Shown: positions 17,693 to 27,647, counted from the first letter of the stretch. The stretch is DNA of 41,367 nucleotides from Myxococcota bacterium (GCA_049969675.1 JBMFOP010000013.1:1-41367), one strand, 5' to 3'. Made by a program: numbers and translations. The notes: generated by a model not told the origin, from the sequence alone.

Positions 17693-19671
17693 CAGTATAT
17701 ATTCTCCGTTGCCTTTGAGTATTTATTGGTGATCAGTGAATATCCAAGCAGAATCAGGAAGATGATTGTAGAGTATGCCGCGGCATATCCATATCTCTCG
17801 CCTCTCTCAAATGCCCATCTATATGCCTCCACAATCAATATATCCGTCGCACCAGAGGGTTCACCGCCAGAGACCAGATAGATGATATTGAACATATTAA
17901 ATGTCCAGATAGAGCCGAGTATTATGGCAGGGAAGAGGGCTGGTTTTAAGAGAGGGAGTGTAATCTTTCTGAACTTCTGCCATCTGGAGGCCCCTTCAAT
18001 ATCAGCTGCCTCATAGATGTCCTGTGGGATACTTTGAAGTGCCCCGAGTGAAATTACCATCATAAATGGAAAACCGAGCCATGAATTGGTGATTAGATTT
18101 GCTGTAAAGGCTGTTGAAAATGAGCTAAACCACGATATCTCCTCAATGCCAAAATATCCTATCAGTTTATTGATTACACCGAACTGCTTATGAAACATAC
18201 CTTTCCAGATGAGCGCTGTGATATAGTTTGGAATTGCCCACGGGAGAATGAGGATAACTCTGTAGACCTCTTTTAGTTTCAGAAGTGGATTTTTCAATAT
18301 CAGTGCCAGCATCAATCCTACCGAGACATGGATTATGAGATTAGTTGCAGTCCAGAGGATTGTCACGAGAAATGTGTAGTAGAATGAGAGAGGCTCCAAT
18401 ATCCTTCTCCCCTCAGATGTAAGAATCTTGATATAATTATCAAAGCCGACGAATGTATATTCTCCGTGATTGTGTTCAAAGAAACTCAGCGCTATCCCTG
18501 ATACAAAAGGTATAAAGATAAGTATAATTGTGCTGATTACAGCTGGTGAGATATATTTGTATGCATAGGAGTAAGTGATGAGGTTATTGACAAATATCTC
18601 TATATAACCTATTGCAAAAAAGATATAAATTAGCAGTCCCAATATTGCACTAAATAGAAGCGTCAGATAGTATTTCCCTATTCCATCTTCTATAAACTTC
18701 TTTATGGGGAGTTCCACCCTGATTGCCTCAAACGGTCTCTTACTTACTGGTAGAAAGTATGAATATCTCGCATCGTGCTCTCTGTAATTATTCAATATCT
18801 GGTTTGTGAGAGATTTCTCTACCCTCGGAATTACTTCAGAAGGAGCGACCTTACTTATAACCTTGATTGGTGAGACTCTGTATATCTCCTCTGATGGGAT
18901 ATTGAGCCTCTTTGATTTGTTGAAATCTATTATGAGTGATAACTCTATGATATTCTCCTTAATAAGGGAGGCATTCCATCTCTTAATCAGCTCCTTGCCA
19001 GAGAGCGAATAGAGGATAAACGCCACTATTGCAATCAGCCCGAATGCGTGTCTGAAATTGTGAAAGAATAAAATGCCTATGCCGAATATAAAGATTGAGA
19101 TAAGTACTGAGAGAAGGGCGTTTACAACAGGGATAGGAAGGTCATTTGTTGAAAATAACTTTTCAAGAATATAGATATAAAAGGTCTGTCCATTCTTATT
19201 TACCCGCCTTATGTGGTGTATCTGACCCTCTTCTTCTAATGTGGCAGTAGATATATTCTGGTCGGTGTGCGAAATGAGGTCAAAGATTCTTTTATCATTC
19301 TTATCCTCTGATGAGAGTATTTTGTTCTCCTTATTACTCCCCGGATAAATAATATATCTCCTCTTCTTTAAAAATGCGAGCTCACCCGAGGTCTCTTCTG
19401 AAATGATGGCGATTGTATTTATGGCGGTGGTGCTCCTAAAATCCTTAATCAGATTTGGGAGCTCCTTCTGAGAATCAACAGATGTGATAAGCAGTGCCGC
19501 ATAGCCGCTGAATGTCTCAACCCTGTTCCTTACAGCCCTGAGACTGTTCTCTTCGCCCGACTCCCTGATTACAAATATAGTGGAGGCCATTATTATCCCG
19601 AGCGGGAGTATAATGGCAATTATTGCGGCAATCAGTTCATCTCTTGAGAGTCTTTTCATTGGAATCTTCAT
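17692..19671 (-). CDS. malF: Sugar ABC transporter permease, MalF-like, with long N-terminal extension
   Basis: C-half has ILPWAIP, WLGFPFMM, IPQDIYEAADIEGA and YGYAAA; about 350 extra N-terminal residues. Confidence 0.85.
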   Translation of the reverse strand: MKIPMKRLSRDELIAAIIAIILPLGIIMASTIFVIRESGEENSLRAVRNRVETFSGYAALLITSVDSQKELPNLIKDFRSTTAINTIAIISEETSGELAFLKKRRYIIYPGSNKENKILSSEDKNDKRIFDLISHTDQNISTATLEEEGQIHHIRRVNKNGQTFYIYILEKLFSTNDLPIPVVNALLSVLISIFIFGIGILFFHNFRHAFGLIAIVAFILYSLSGKELIKRWNASLIKENIIELSLIIDFNKSKRLNIPSEEIYRVSPIKVISKVAPSEVIPRVEKSLTNQILNNYREHDARYSYFLPVSKRPFEAIRVELPIKKFIEDGIGKYYLTLLFSAILGLLIYIFFAIGYIEIFVNNLITYSYAYKYISPAVISTIILIFIPFVSGIALSFFEHNHGEYTFVGFDNYIKILTSEGRRILEPLSFYYTFLVTILWTATNLIIHVSVGLMLALILKNPLLKLKEVYRVILILPWAIPNYITALIWKGMFHKQFGVINKLIGYFGIEEISWFSSFSTAFTANLITNSWLGFPFMMVISLGALQSIPQDIYEAADIEGASRWQKFRKITLPLLKPALFPAIILGSIWTFNMFNIIYLVSGGEPSGATDILIVEAYRWAFERGERYGYAAAYSTIIFLILLGYSLITNKYSKATENIY

Positions 19672-20296
19672 AAAATCCTTTAATCCACTTCTCTGATTCC
19701 TCGGTTCTCAATAGATTCATAAACGGTTTATAGGGCAATGTGTAATCAAGCATCGGATACCTTAAAAGCGGCTCTATCAGTCTCTCATCGGGGATTGATG
19801 CCACAAGTATTCTGGTCTTGAATTTCTGATTTAAAAGCATCTCCACCTGTTCTGCAATCTCACCATATACATCCCGTTTCAATTTGAGAATCCTGCTTAG
19901 ATAGATGGCACAATACTCAATATTTCCGAGCGAGGATAGTGCAATCTGTCTGATATTTGATACCGCTGTAAGACATATACGAGCACCTTTGTCTGATAGC
20001 CTGTAAGCAGTATTGATCAACCTCTCTGTTACGGGGACTTTGATAACTATTCTTTCCCTTGAAAGTTTTAGCAGATCAATCGCCTCCATATATGCATCTG
20101 AATCGTTGTCGGAGAATATCTGAACGAATAACTCCTTATGAGGGATGATGGAGAGGAGATTTTCATAAAATCTGATTCTATTTTTAATATTCTCCTTTTT
20201 TAATAGAGTCGGATTGGTTGTTATACCGGATAGAAATGGTAGGTTGCCTGCCTCTCTAATCTCCTCTATATTTGCAGAATCAAGGTAAAATTTCAT
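19637..20296 (-). CDS. Transaldolase-family protein, fructose-6-phosphate aldolase (FSA)-type
   Basis: YLDSAN (Asp6), GITTNP, Gln59, Schiff-base Lys86 (VIKVP), Tyr132/Arg135. Confidence 0.85.
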   Translation of the reverse strand: MKFYLDSANIEEIREAGNLPFLSGITTNPTLLKKENIKNRIRFYENLLSIIPHKELFVQIFSDNDSDAYMEAIDLLKLSRERIVIKVPVTERLINTAYRLSDKGARICLTAVSNIRQIALSSLGNIEYCAIYLSRILKLKRDVYGEIAEQVEMLLNQKFKTRILVASIPDERLIEPLLRYPMLDYTLPYKPFMNLLRTEESEKWIKGFYEDSNEKTLKR

Positions 20297-20297
20297 A

Positions 20298-21566
20298 TCA
20301 CTTTCGCTCTATGTAATTTGTAATCTCGTCATTTGCACTCTTAAGAATTTCTTTGTAATTGGTCTCACCTCTAATAATCTTTGAGAGAGTCATCTGAATC
20401 GGTGTCCATATCATCCTCATCTCTGGTGTATTCTCCATCGGGATAGAGTATTTCTGCTGTTCAAAAAATGCCATAATGACTGAATTGGATTTTATATCTT
20501 CCCTTTCATAGAGTTTTGTATTGGCGACTGTCTGATTCCCTGTGAGAAGACGAACCTCCGCCTGTTTATCTTCTGTTATATATTTCATCAGTTTGAATGC
20601 CTCTCTCTTATGATTGGATTTTGCAGACATAATGATTGCCTCCACTGTCAGAAATGGCGTAAGTCTCCTCTCCTCCTTTATCGCTGGTGCACTCTTCTTA
20701 TCTAAGATCGGTAGTAATGTTACTCCAAAATCCACAGATCTGTCTATCTCTCCCAAAAACCAGGGACCATTAATTACAAATGCGGCCTTATTCTGGTTGA
20801 AGAGGGATGTCACGAGCGTACTTGTAATCTCATCGGGCATAATCTTCTGCCTGAGTAGATATGTTAGGTATTTGAACGATTCAATCGATTCATCTGAGGT
20901 GAATGCAGGTTTGTAGCCGGAGTCAAATACACCTGCACCAAATGCGTGAAATATCGCTGAATGGAAATAGAAATTTCCAGCCTCATAGACCAGCCCATAA
21001 GTCTCATTTTTTGGATTGGTAATCTTTCTGGACATAGATATCAATTCATCCATCGTCTGGGGGATTTTACTGACGAGTTTTTTATTATAAAACAGTGCAG
21101 TGCTCTTAAAAGCCATCGGAAGTCCAAATAGAGAGCCTTTGTAAGAGAGGGCCTTTATATGGGCATTTGCAAATCCTTCAACCACAGATGGGTCCTCCTG
21201 AACAAACAGGTCAAGTGGTTCAATCACCTTTGAGATAGCCCAATCACCCAACCTGTCGTGAGCAAAGATAAATACATCAGGGCCATGTCCACGTGGGACA
21301 GCGGCGGTAATCTTATCAGCAAAGGCATCATAAGGAATCGGGAGTGATTCCACCATTATCTCATTCTGGGATTCATTGAAATCTTTGATAATCTTATCAA
21401 GCGCATCCTTCTCGCTCCCTCTGTATGAGTGCCATAATACGAGCTTTGTCTTCTCCCTGACCCTGTCTTGAGGTGACGACTGAGGCTGGTTCTCAGCAGC
21501 CTTCTTGCATCCCCAAAATGTAAAGAGCAACAGAGTTGTTAGGAGTATAGATAGTAATCTCTTCAT
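20298..21566 (-). CDS. malE: Maltose/maltodextrin-type ABC substrate-binding lipoprotein
   Basis: Likely start 21566 (MKRLL...FWG-C lipobox); LWHSY, GPDVFIFAHDRLG, INGPW, PEMRMIW. Confidence 0.88.
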   Translation of the reverse strand: MKRLLSILLTTLLLFTFWGCKKAAENQPQSSPQDRVREKTKLVLWHSYRGSEKDALDKIIKDFNESQNEIMVESLPIPYDAFADKITAAVPRGHGPDVFIFAHDRLGDWAISKVIEPLDLFVQEDPSVVEGFANAHIKALSYKGSLFGLPMAFKSTALFYNKKLVSKIPQTMDELISMSRKITNPKNETYGLVYEAGNFYFHSAIFHAFGAGVFDSGYKPAFTSDESIESFKYLTYLLRQKIMPDEITSTLVTSLFNQNKAAFVINGPWFLGEIDRSVDFGVTLLPILDKKSAPAIKEERRLTPFLTVEAIIMSAKSNHKREAFKLMKYITEDKQAEVRLLTGNQTVANTKLYEREDIKSNSVIMAFFEQQKYSIPMENTPEMRMIWTPIQMTLSKIIRGETNYKEILKSANDEITNYIERK

Positions 21567-21570
21567 AAGA

Positions 21571-22656
21571 CTATTCCCCTTTCTTCTCCACCCTCTGGCC
21601 ATTTGCCTTATTAAAGAGACACAATGCCTCCGGGCGGAAATTAATATATAATGTCTCACCGAGCTCAAATTTCTGTGATGCCTCCTGTCTCAGACAGAGA
21701 GTAAAAGAACCGCAGTTGACATATAAATAAAGTTCTGAGCCCAATACCTCCTTTATCTCCAACTCACCTTTGAAGATGGCTGCCTCGGGCTGCGTTAAGA
21801 ATAGATTTTCGGGTCTGATTCCGAGGATTATATCTGAATTTTCAATCTCATATACAGATGGTATCTCAAAAGACCATCCATCTCCTTTTAAGATATTATG
21901 TTCATTTTCCCTCTTAAATTTACACTCAATAAAGTTCATCGTAGGACTTCCGATAAATCCAGCCACAAAGATATTTTTTGGTCTATTGTAGATTTCAAGT
22001 GGAGAACCTATCTGTTGAACCACTCCGTTGTTCATAATAACAATCTTATCTGCGAGAGTCATTGCCTCAATCTGGTCGTGAGTAACATATATTGTGGTGG
22101 CGCCAATTCGTCGATGCAGCCGTGCAAGTTCTGAACGCATCTGAGTCCTGAGCTTCGCATCCAGATTTGAGAGAGGCTCATCAAATAAAAATACAGAAGG
22201 ATTTCTTACAATCGCTCTACCCATTGCCACTCGCTGTCTCTGTCCGCCAGATAGTTGTCTGGGTAATCTATCCAGAAGCCCATCAATCTCCAGAAGTTTT
22301 GCTGCCTCGTTAACACGCTTATTTATCTCCTCCTCGCTCATCTTCCTGATTCTGAGCCCAAAAGCCATATTCTCAAATACATTCATATGCGGATAGAGGG
22401 CATAATTCTGAAAGACCATTGCAATGTCTCTATCTTTTGGCGGGATGTCATTTACAAGTCTGCCATTGATATACAACTCTCCTTCAGATATTTCCTCAAG
22501 TCCGGCAATCATCCTGAGTGTGGTGGTCTTCCCGCAGCCCGATGGACCAACGATCACTATAAACTCATTCCCTTTAATCTGAAGATTCACTTTATTTACC
22601 ACTACCTTATTGTTGTCGTATATCTTGGATACATCTTTAAGTACTACTTCTGCCAT
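21571..22656 (-). CDS. malK: Sugar ABC transporter ATP-binding protein (MalK/MsmX/UgpC)
   Basis: GPSGCGKT, VFQNYALYPH, LSGGQRQR, DEPLSNLDAKLR and a C-terminal TOBE-like region. Confidence 0.93.
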   Translation of the reverse strand: MAEVVLKDVSKIYDNNKVVVNKVNLQIKGNEFIVIVGPSGCGKTTTLRMIAGLEEISEGELYINGRLVNDIPPKDRDIAMVFQNYALYPHMNVFENMAFGLRIRKMSEEEINKRVNEAAKLLEIDGLLDRLPRQLSGGQRQRVAMGRAIVRNPSVFLFDEPLSNLDAKLRTQMRSELARLHRRIGATTIYVTHDQIEAMTLADKIVIMNNGVVQQIGSPLEIYNRPKNIFVAGFIGSPTMNFIECKFKRENEHNILKGDGWSFEIPSVYEIENSDIILGIRPENLFLTQPEAAIFKGELEIKEVLGSELYLYVNCGSFTLCLRQEASQKFELGETLYINFRPEALCLFNKANGQRVEKKGE

Positions 22657-22787
22657 AATAGACTCTCAGAAAAAATTTTTTAAAAACCTGTAAACGACTA
22701 AAAACACTGAAATTTTATTATGATTAAAAATCTATTAAGTCAACTGATTTGATGGCGTGTAAGAATATTAGAGGTAGTTCTTTAATT

Positions 22788-22815
22788 TTGACTTAAACGG
22801 AGTTGGAAATATAAT
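22788..22815 (+). promoter_or_regulatory. Putative sigma70 promoter of the C45 hydrolase gene
   Basis: TTGACT-16 bp-TATAAT; SD GAGGT before ATG 22867. Confidence 0.5.
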
Positions 22816-22866
22816 AAGTGTTGATTTTTGTGCCGAAGTAAAAATTTATTTTTTGTGAGGTGTTTG

Positions 22867-24660
22867 ATGTTTAATCTATTAAAAATTTTCAGACTCAATG
22901 ATTTAAATGAACTTGAATTCAAAAAGCCAGATTATGCAAATTCAAAGATAAAGATTGAAGGGAGTAGAAGGACATTGGGTCCAGCCTATATTGAGAAGCA
23001 TGGGAATATATTTGTTGGCTCTTTTGAGGGGTCTGATTATGAGATGGGTTATCAGCACGGGAGGTTATTAAAGGATGAGATTCGTCAGGGAGTAATTCCA
23101 TATCTTTATAACTTTGCACGGTTGTTGATGAATAAGGTGAGCGGAATGAAGGCCATAAATGATATTATAAGGATGCTTGCACAGAAGTTCTTCTATGAGA
23201 GAATTGTAAGGGCTATTCCAGAGAAAATTCTGGATTCCTACATAGGGGTTGCAGATGGAGCGGGATTTGATAGAAATCAACTCTATGTGGTGGTTGGATT
23301 TGCCGATATGTTGCAGGTGGCGAGCGGGATTCTAAACAGGAGATATAAGGTGGTGAGCCTGCCGCCAGTACATTTCTGTACATCTATTGTGGCGTGGGGG
23401 AATGCCTCAAGAGATGGTAAGCTGATTCATGGAAGGAATCTGGACTATGAGGCATATAATGTCTGGGAGAGATTTCCACTTATTGCGAGGATGAAGCCAG
23501 ATGGTGGAATTCCATATACATATTTCTCTTCTGCTGGGGTCCATTCGGGTGGACTGACAGGTATCAATGATTATGGGATTGCATTTAATGTACATACAAA
23601 ATTTACATCACAGGTAGGATTCTCGGGACCTCCTATGCAGGTGATTGGAGATTATCTCCTGAGGCATTCCCGTACATTGGAGGATGCTGAGGGGATAATA
23701 AAGGGGATGAAATACAATTGTGGATGGACATTTGTAATCTCACAGGATTCAAAGCCATTTGCAAAGGCATTTGAGGTGGATTCAAAGGATGTGCTGGATG
23801 TAAAGATTGAGAAGGACTATCTGGTAACCACCAATTGTTATAAGAATCAACGTCTGAGAAAGAGAGAGATTAGTATAAACAGGACAATGGATATCAATTT
23901 TGTTAGTAGACTCAGGAGAATCTCTGCTCTGGCAGAGGAGTATTATTCAAAGATTGATGCTGATGCAGTAGTGAATATGCTCTCTGATAATTTCTCTCCT
24001 TATGATGGTAAAGAGATGTATGACCGAAATACAATCGCTCAGCTCTCCACCATTCAGAGTGTGGTGATGAATGTCTCTGATAGAGTCTATTATCTTGCAG
24101 ATGGAAGGTCCCCGGTATGTTATGGAAGGTATTTTGCATTTGATTCAGAACTGAAACCATTATTAAGAAATAAGCGACATCTCTATCTTGAGAGGAGAGA
24201 ATCGCTGAATAATGAAAAGTTGAGGGCATTGAGACTTTATATAAATGCCGCATATTTACATAATGTAGACGAGGAGAGGGAGATAACGGCCTATCTAAAA
24301 GAATCTATTACAAGGGATAAGGAATCAGACTTTTATCTGATGGTCTATGCCTTCTATCTCTTAAAGGAACGAAGGTATAAAGAGGCAAACGAGGTCTTAA
24401 ATAAGGCGATTCTGATTGTAAACGAAAGACCTGAATATCTGTATAGATTGATGCTTTATAAACTCTGGCTTGGAAGGACATATGACCTATCAGGGTTCAG
24501 GACTCAGGCAAAGGTAATTTATAAAGAGATTGTCAAGACTGACAATCTGGATGTGAGGTTGATTGAAGCTGCCTGTCGCGGGATAAGGAGAAGATTTGAT
24601 GATACACAACTTAAGAAGGTGATGCTCAACTGCTTTACAGCAGAATTTATAAAATTATAA
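22867..24660 (+). CDS. C45-family (acyl-CoA:6-APA acyltransferase-like) Ntn hydrolase with TPR-like C-terminus
   Basis: GSDYEMGYQHG, autoprocessing Cys in HF-CTSIVAWG, HGRNLDY, TGIND; helical C-terminal repeats (LWLGRTYDLSG.R..A...Y). Confidence 0.85.
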   Translation: MFNLLKIFRLNDLNELEFKKPDYANSKIKIEGSRRTLGPAYIEKHGNIFVGSFEGSDYEMGYQHGRLLKDEIRQGVIPYLYNFARLLMNKVSGMKAINDIIRMLAQKFFYERIVRAIPEKILDSYIGVADGAGFDRNQLYVVVGFADMLQVASGILNRRYKVVSLPPVHFCTSIVAWGNASRDGKLIHGRNLDYEAYNVWERFPLIARMKPDGGIPYTYFSSAGVHSGGLTGINDYGIAFNVHTKFTSQVGFSGPPMQVIGDYLLRHSRTLEDAEGIIKGMKYNCGWTFVISQDSKPFAKAFEVDSKDVLDVKIEKDYLVTTNCYKNQRLRKREISINRTMDINFVSRLRRISALAEEYYSKIDADAVVNMLSDNFSPYDGKEMYDRNTIAQLSTIQSVVMNVSDRVYYLADGRSPVCYGRYFAFDSELKPLLRNKRHLYLERRESLNNEKLRALRLYINAAYLHNVDEEREITAYLKESITRDKESDFYLMVYAFYLLKERRYKEANEVLNKAILIVNERPEYLYRLMLYKLWLGRTYDLSGFRTQAKVIYKEIVKTDNLDVRLIEAACRGIRRRFDDTQLKKVMLNCFTAEFIKL

Positions 24661-24829
24661 ATCTATGTCCAGAGACAAATCTATATTTTTTCAAAATTAC
24701 CATAGCAATAGATCACATCTGTCAAAAATATATTTTGCCTCCACTCTAAAACCCCTCTATAAAAGGGGAAAGCAGCCGTCTTATACAAGCCTTTGCCTGG
24801 TGAAGCAAACCTCCCCGCAGTTTTCATAG

Positions 24830-25161
24830 TAATCCCTAACTTCCCAATTTTTAAGTAATATGATGGTGTAGTTTTTCTATCAGTCTTCTCGTTTGTTTGG
24901 GTATTTCAAGGTCCACTATCTATCAAATGACTATCCCTCTTTAATGGTAGAATATACCGAATACCACATCTTTCCAAACCAGCAACGTTATGTTTATAAA
25001 AAAATGTCATAAAACGATGCCTTCTGTCAGGTAAAAACTTATAATTTTGAAAAGAAATTAATGAATCTACGGAGAAATATGGATTGTAATCTAATTATGT
25101 CAAATCAGTTCTTGTTCTAAATGAGACACCTATTACTTAAATTTTGGGAAGTTAGGGATTA
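24830..25161 (-). mobile_element. Internally deleted insertion sequence (non-autonomous, MITE-like) with DDE-transposase-like fragments
   Basis: 31-bp inverted ends 24830..24860 and 25131..25161 (29/31 identical). The minus strand retains FFYKHNVAGLERCGIRYILPLKRDSHLID and, in another frame, LEIPKQTRRLIEKLHHHIT* ending inside the IR. Confidence 0.8.
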
Positions 25162-25173
25162 GATTCATTAATT

Positions 25174-25238
25174 GATGCTTCTACGCAAAATGTGCAGAAG
25201 ATTTTTTCTGGATTTTGATTTCAGCTATGCCGAATCAG
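25174..25238 (-). repeat. Dispersed ~65-bp double-hairpin repeat, copy B
   Basis: Reverse complement ctgattcggcatagctgaaatcaaaatccagaaaaaatcttctgcacattttgcgtagaagcatc; begins about 21 bp after the bamA stop. Confidence 0.85.
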
Positions 25239-25259
25239 GTTTTAGTGAATCCCGTCTCT

Positions 25260-27647
25260 TTAAAATGTAGAACCTATTGTGAATTCAAATTTGAATGTGT
25301 CGTCAATATAGATATTTGTTCCGGGCTGTGTCCTTCTGGTCAGCGGAAATCCCCACTCAAATCTGAGAGGCCCCATAGGAGAGAACCATCTAAATCCAAA
25401 TCCCCACGAATATAAAAGTCCGAGTGGGAAGTTGTAATATGGGTCATCAAAGAAGAAACTCTTCTCATCATATGCATTCCCTGCATCAAAGAAGAAGACA
25501 CCTCTTATACCTGCCTGCTGTATTATAGGAAATTCAAGTTCAAAATTAAAGATCAACTCTTTATTCCCCCCCGAATAGAAAATATCCAGCTCAGAAGATG
25601 GATCTATCCCGGACTTTGCGACATCAAGAAATGGGGAGATTGAGCGAAGGGTATATCCTCTTACTGAATACATACCGCCTATATAGAATCTCTCCGATAT
25701 TGGAATTCCAGAGGAACCAAAGGGGGTAATATATCCGATTGTAGAGGCCGCCTTGAAGACAAAATAATATGGGAGTTGCAAATAGAAATTGTCTTTTAGA
25801 TAACTCCTTAAGAATTCATTCTCAGAGCCGAATATTTGAGATGCGAGTTCAGTGGAGATGGAGTGCAACTGGCCTTTACTTGGATAGATTCTGTTGTTTC
25901 TTGAATCCCATACCAATTTTAGAGTAAATGACGATGTCAAACCTTCGGAGTAGAGGTTCTTTATCCTCCGCTGGTTTTCAAAACTCACTCCAGATTCCAC
26001 TACCACATCCTCAAGGGTATATGTGATATATGTTCTTAAATAGTAGCTCAGCGGATACCCCGTTGTAAGTCTGAAGCCGTTGGATGAGCGATAAAATTCG
26101 TAGTAGTTCCAGCTGGTATTATATAAATCAACCGCGAGTGTCCAGTTGGTATCCAGAAAATAAGGCTCGGTAAAAGATAGTTCAAACTGCTTCCTTATAG
26201 AAGACATAAGTGCAAGTAGCGATAAGGATTGGCCGTTTCCAAGTAGATTATATTGGCCTATCTGTGCCTGAACCAGAAAATTTTCTGCTGATGAGAATCC
26301 TGCACCGATGTTAAAGGTGCCTGTTGCCTTCTCCTTCACCTCAATCTCAACATTTACCAGATTCGGGCTTGAACCCTGATGAGTGCGATATTCAACCTTC
26401 TCAAAGTATCCAAGCGCCTCAATCCTCCTCTTTGATGTCTCAAGCGCAGAATAGGAATACTGGTCATATTCGTTAATAGTCATCTCCCGCCTTATCACTT
26501 TATCTCTCGTCTTTGTATTACCAATTATCTCAATATTTCCAAATTTGCATATAGGACCTTTTTCAATCTTCAGTTCAATATCCAGTGTTTTGCTACTCTC
26601 ATTTTCTTTATAAGGGGTCTCTATATTTACATAGGCATATCCCATATCTTTATAGAGGACAGTTATCGCCTCAAGGTCTCTTGCAAAGAACTGTGTTGTA
26701 TTAAATATATCGCCTTTCTTGAGTGTAATCAACTTCCTGATCTCCTCCTCCGGGACAATCAGCTCACCAGATATCTTCAACTCTCCCAATCTATACTGCT
26801 CACCCTCTTCAACAGGGATAAAAATATAGAGATACTGCTTATCTGGTGTAAGTTTTAGAGATGGAATTCCAACCTTTGCCTTGATAAACCCCTTCTCTCT
26901 GTAATACTGAGTAATCCTCATCATATCCTTTTGAAATGCATCCTCTTTATATGTCCCGGAACCTGTCAGGAATGAAAACCATCCACCTTCACGTGTCTCA
27001 ATTATAGATTTTAGTTCATCCGTACTTACCTTTGATGTACCTGAAAAGAATATCCCTTTTACAATTACCTTTGCATGTTCCGAGATAATAAATTTCAACT
27101 CTACCGAATCCTGATTCAATGCCTCTTCCATTGTGGATGGTTGGAAGCTCACCTCCGATAGAAAAAATCCCTTCTCTATATATAACTCCTTTATCTTCTG
27201 TGCCACACCCCTGATTTTATTGATATCAAAAGGTGAATTTACTTTGACTGTAATTACCTTCTCTATATCCTCCCTGTCAATCTCATCGTTCCCCTCTATA
27301 TGAATGGATTTTATGGCGGGGATCTCCTTTACATAGAATATCAGGTCAGCCTTTCTGTCAGTTGTAATATTTTCAACCTTTACCTGTACATCCCAGATGA
27401 GGCCGAGTTCCAGAATAGAGATAATATCCTCCTTTATTCTCTCTCTGTTTATCAACTCCCCCTCCTTGCTCTTTATCCTCCCAAGGACCGCCTCCTTTTC
27501 AACTCTCCTTGTCCCCTCAATCAGGATCTTATTGACAGTGAGAGATTCCAGATTATCTCCTGCACCGAGTTTTAAGACCGGGGTATCAGCCAGAAGAGAG
27601 ACCGCTTCAAAGATAATAAATAATCCAATAAATAAAATCCTTTTCAT
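25260..27647 (-). CDS. bamA: Outer membrane protein assembly factor BamA
   Basis: Signal peptide, POTRA repeats (GNTKTRDKVIRRE), NLLGNGQ, ERFYIGG..SVRGY, SPMGPLRFEWG and C-terminal Phe. Confidence 0.97.
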   Translation of the reverse strand: MKRILFIGLFIIFEAVSLLADTPVLKLGAGDNLESLTVNKILIEGTRRVEKEAVLGRIKSKEGELINRERIKEDIISILELGLIWDVQVKVENITTDRKADLIFYVKEIPAIKSIHIEGNDEIDREDIEKVITVKVNSPFDINKIRGVAQKIKELYIEKGFFLSEVSFQPSTMEEALNQDSVELKFIISEHAKVIVKGIFFSGTSKVSTDELKSIIETREGGWFSFLTGSGTYKEDAFQKDMMRITQYYREKGFIKAKVGIPSLKLTPDKQYLYIFIPVEEGEQYRLGELKISGELIVPEEEIRKLITLKKGDIFNTTQFFARDLEAITVLYKDMGYAYVNIETPYKENESSKTLDIELKIEKGPICKFGNIEIIGNTKTRDKVIRREMTINEYDQYSYSALETSKRRIEALGYFEKVEYRTHQGSSPNLVNVEIEVKEKATGTFNIGAGFSSAENFLVQAQIGQYNLLGNGQSLSLLALMSSIRKQFELSFTEPYFLDTNWTLAVDLYNTSWNYYEFYRSSNGFRLTTGYPLSYYLRTYITYTLEDVVVESGVSFENQRRIKNLYSEGLTSSFTLKLVWDSRNNRIYPSKGQLHSISTELASQIFGSENEFLRSYLKDNFYLQLPYYFVFKAASTIGYITPFGSSGIPISERFYIGGMYSVRGYTLRSISPFLDVAKSGIDPSSELDIFYSGGNKELIFNFELEFPIIQQAGIRGVFFFDAGNAYDEKSFFFDDPYYNFPLGLLYSWGFGFRWFSPMGPLRFEWGFPLTRRTQPGTNIYIDDTFKFEFTIGSTF

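Noticed and set aside
22689..22702. TGTAAACGACTAAA as a LacI-family operator for the sugar ABC operon
   Set aside because: Only the left half-site matches and no LacI regulator is nearby.
24834..25157. CCCTAAC...GTTAGGG as an integron attC site
   Set aside because: Far too long for attC, no integrase or cassette array, and better explained as IS ends.
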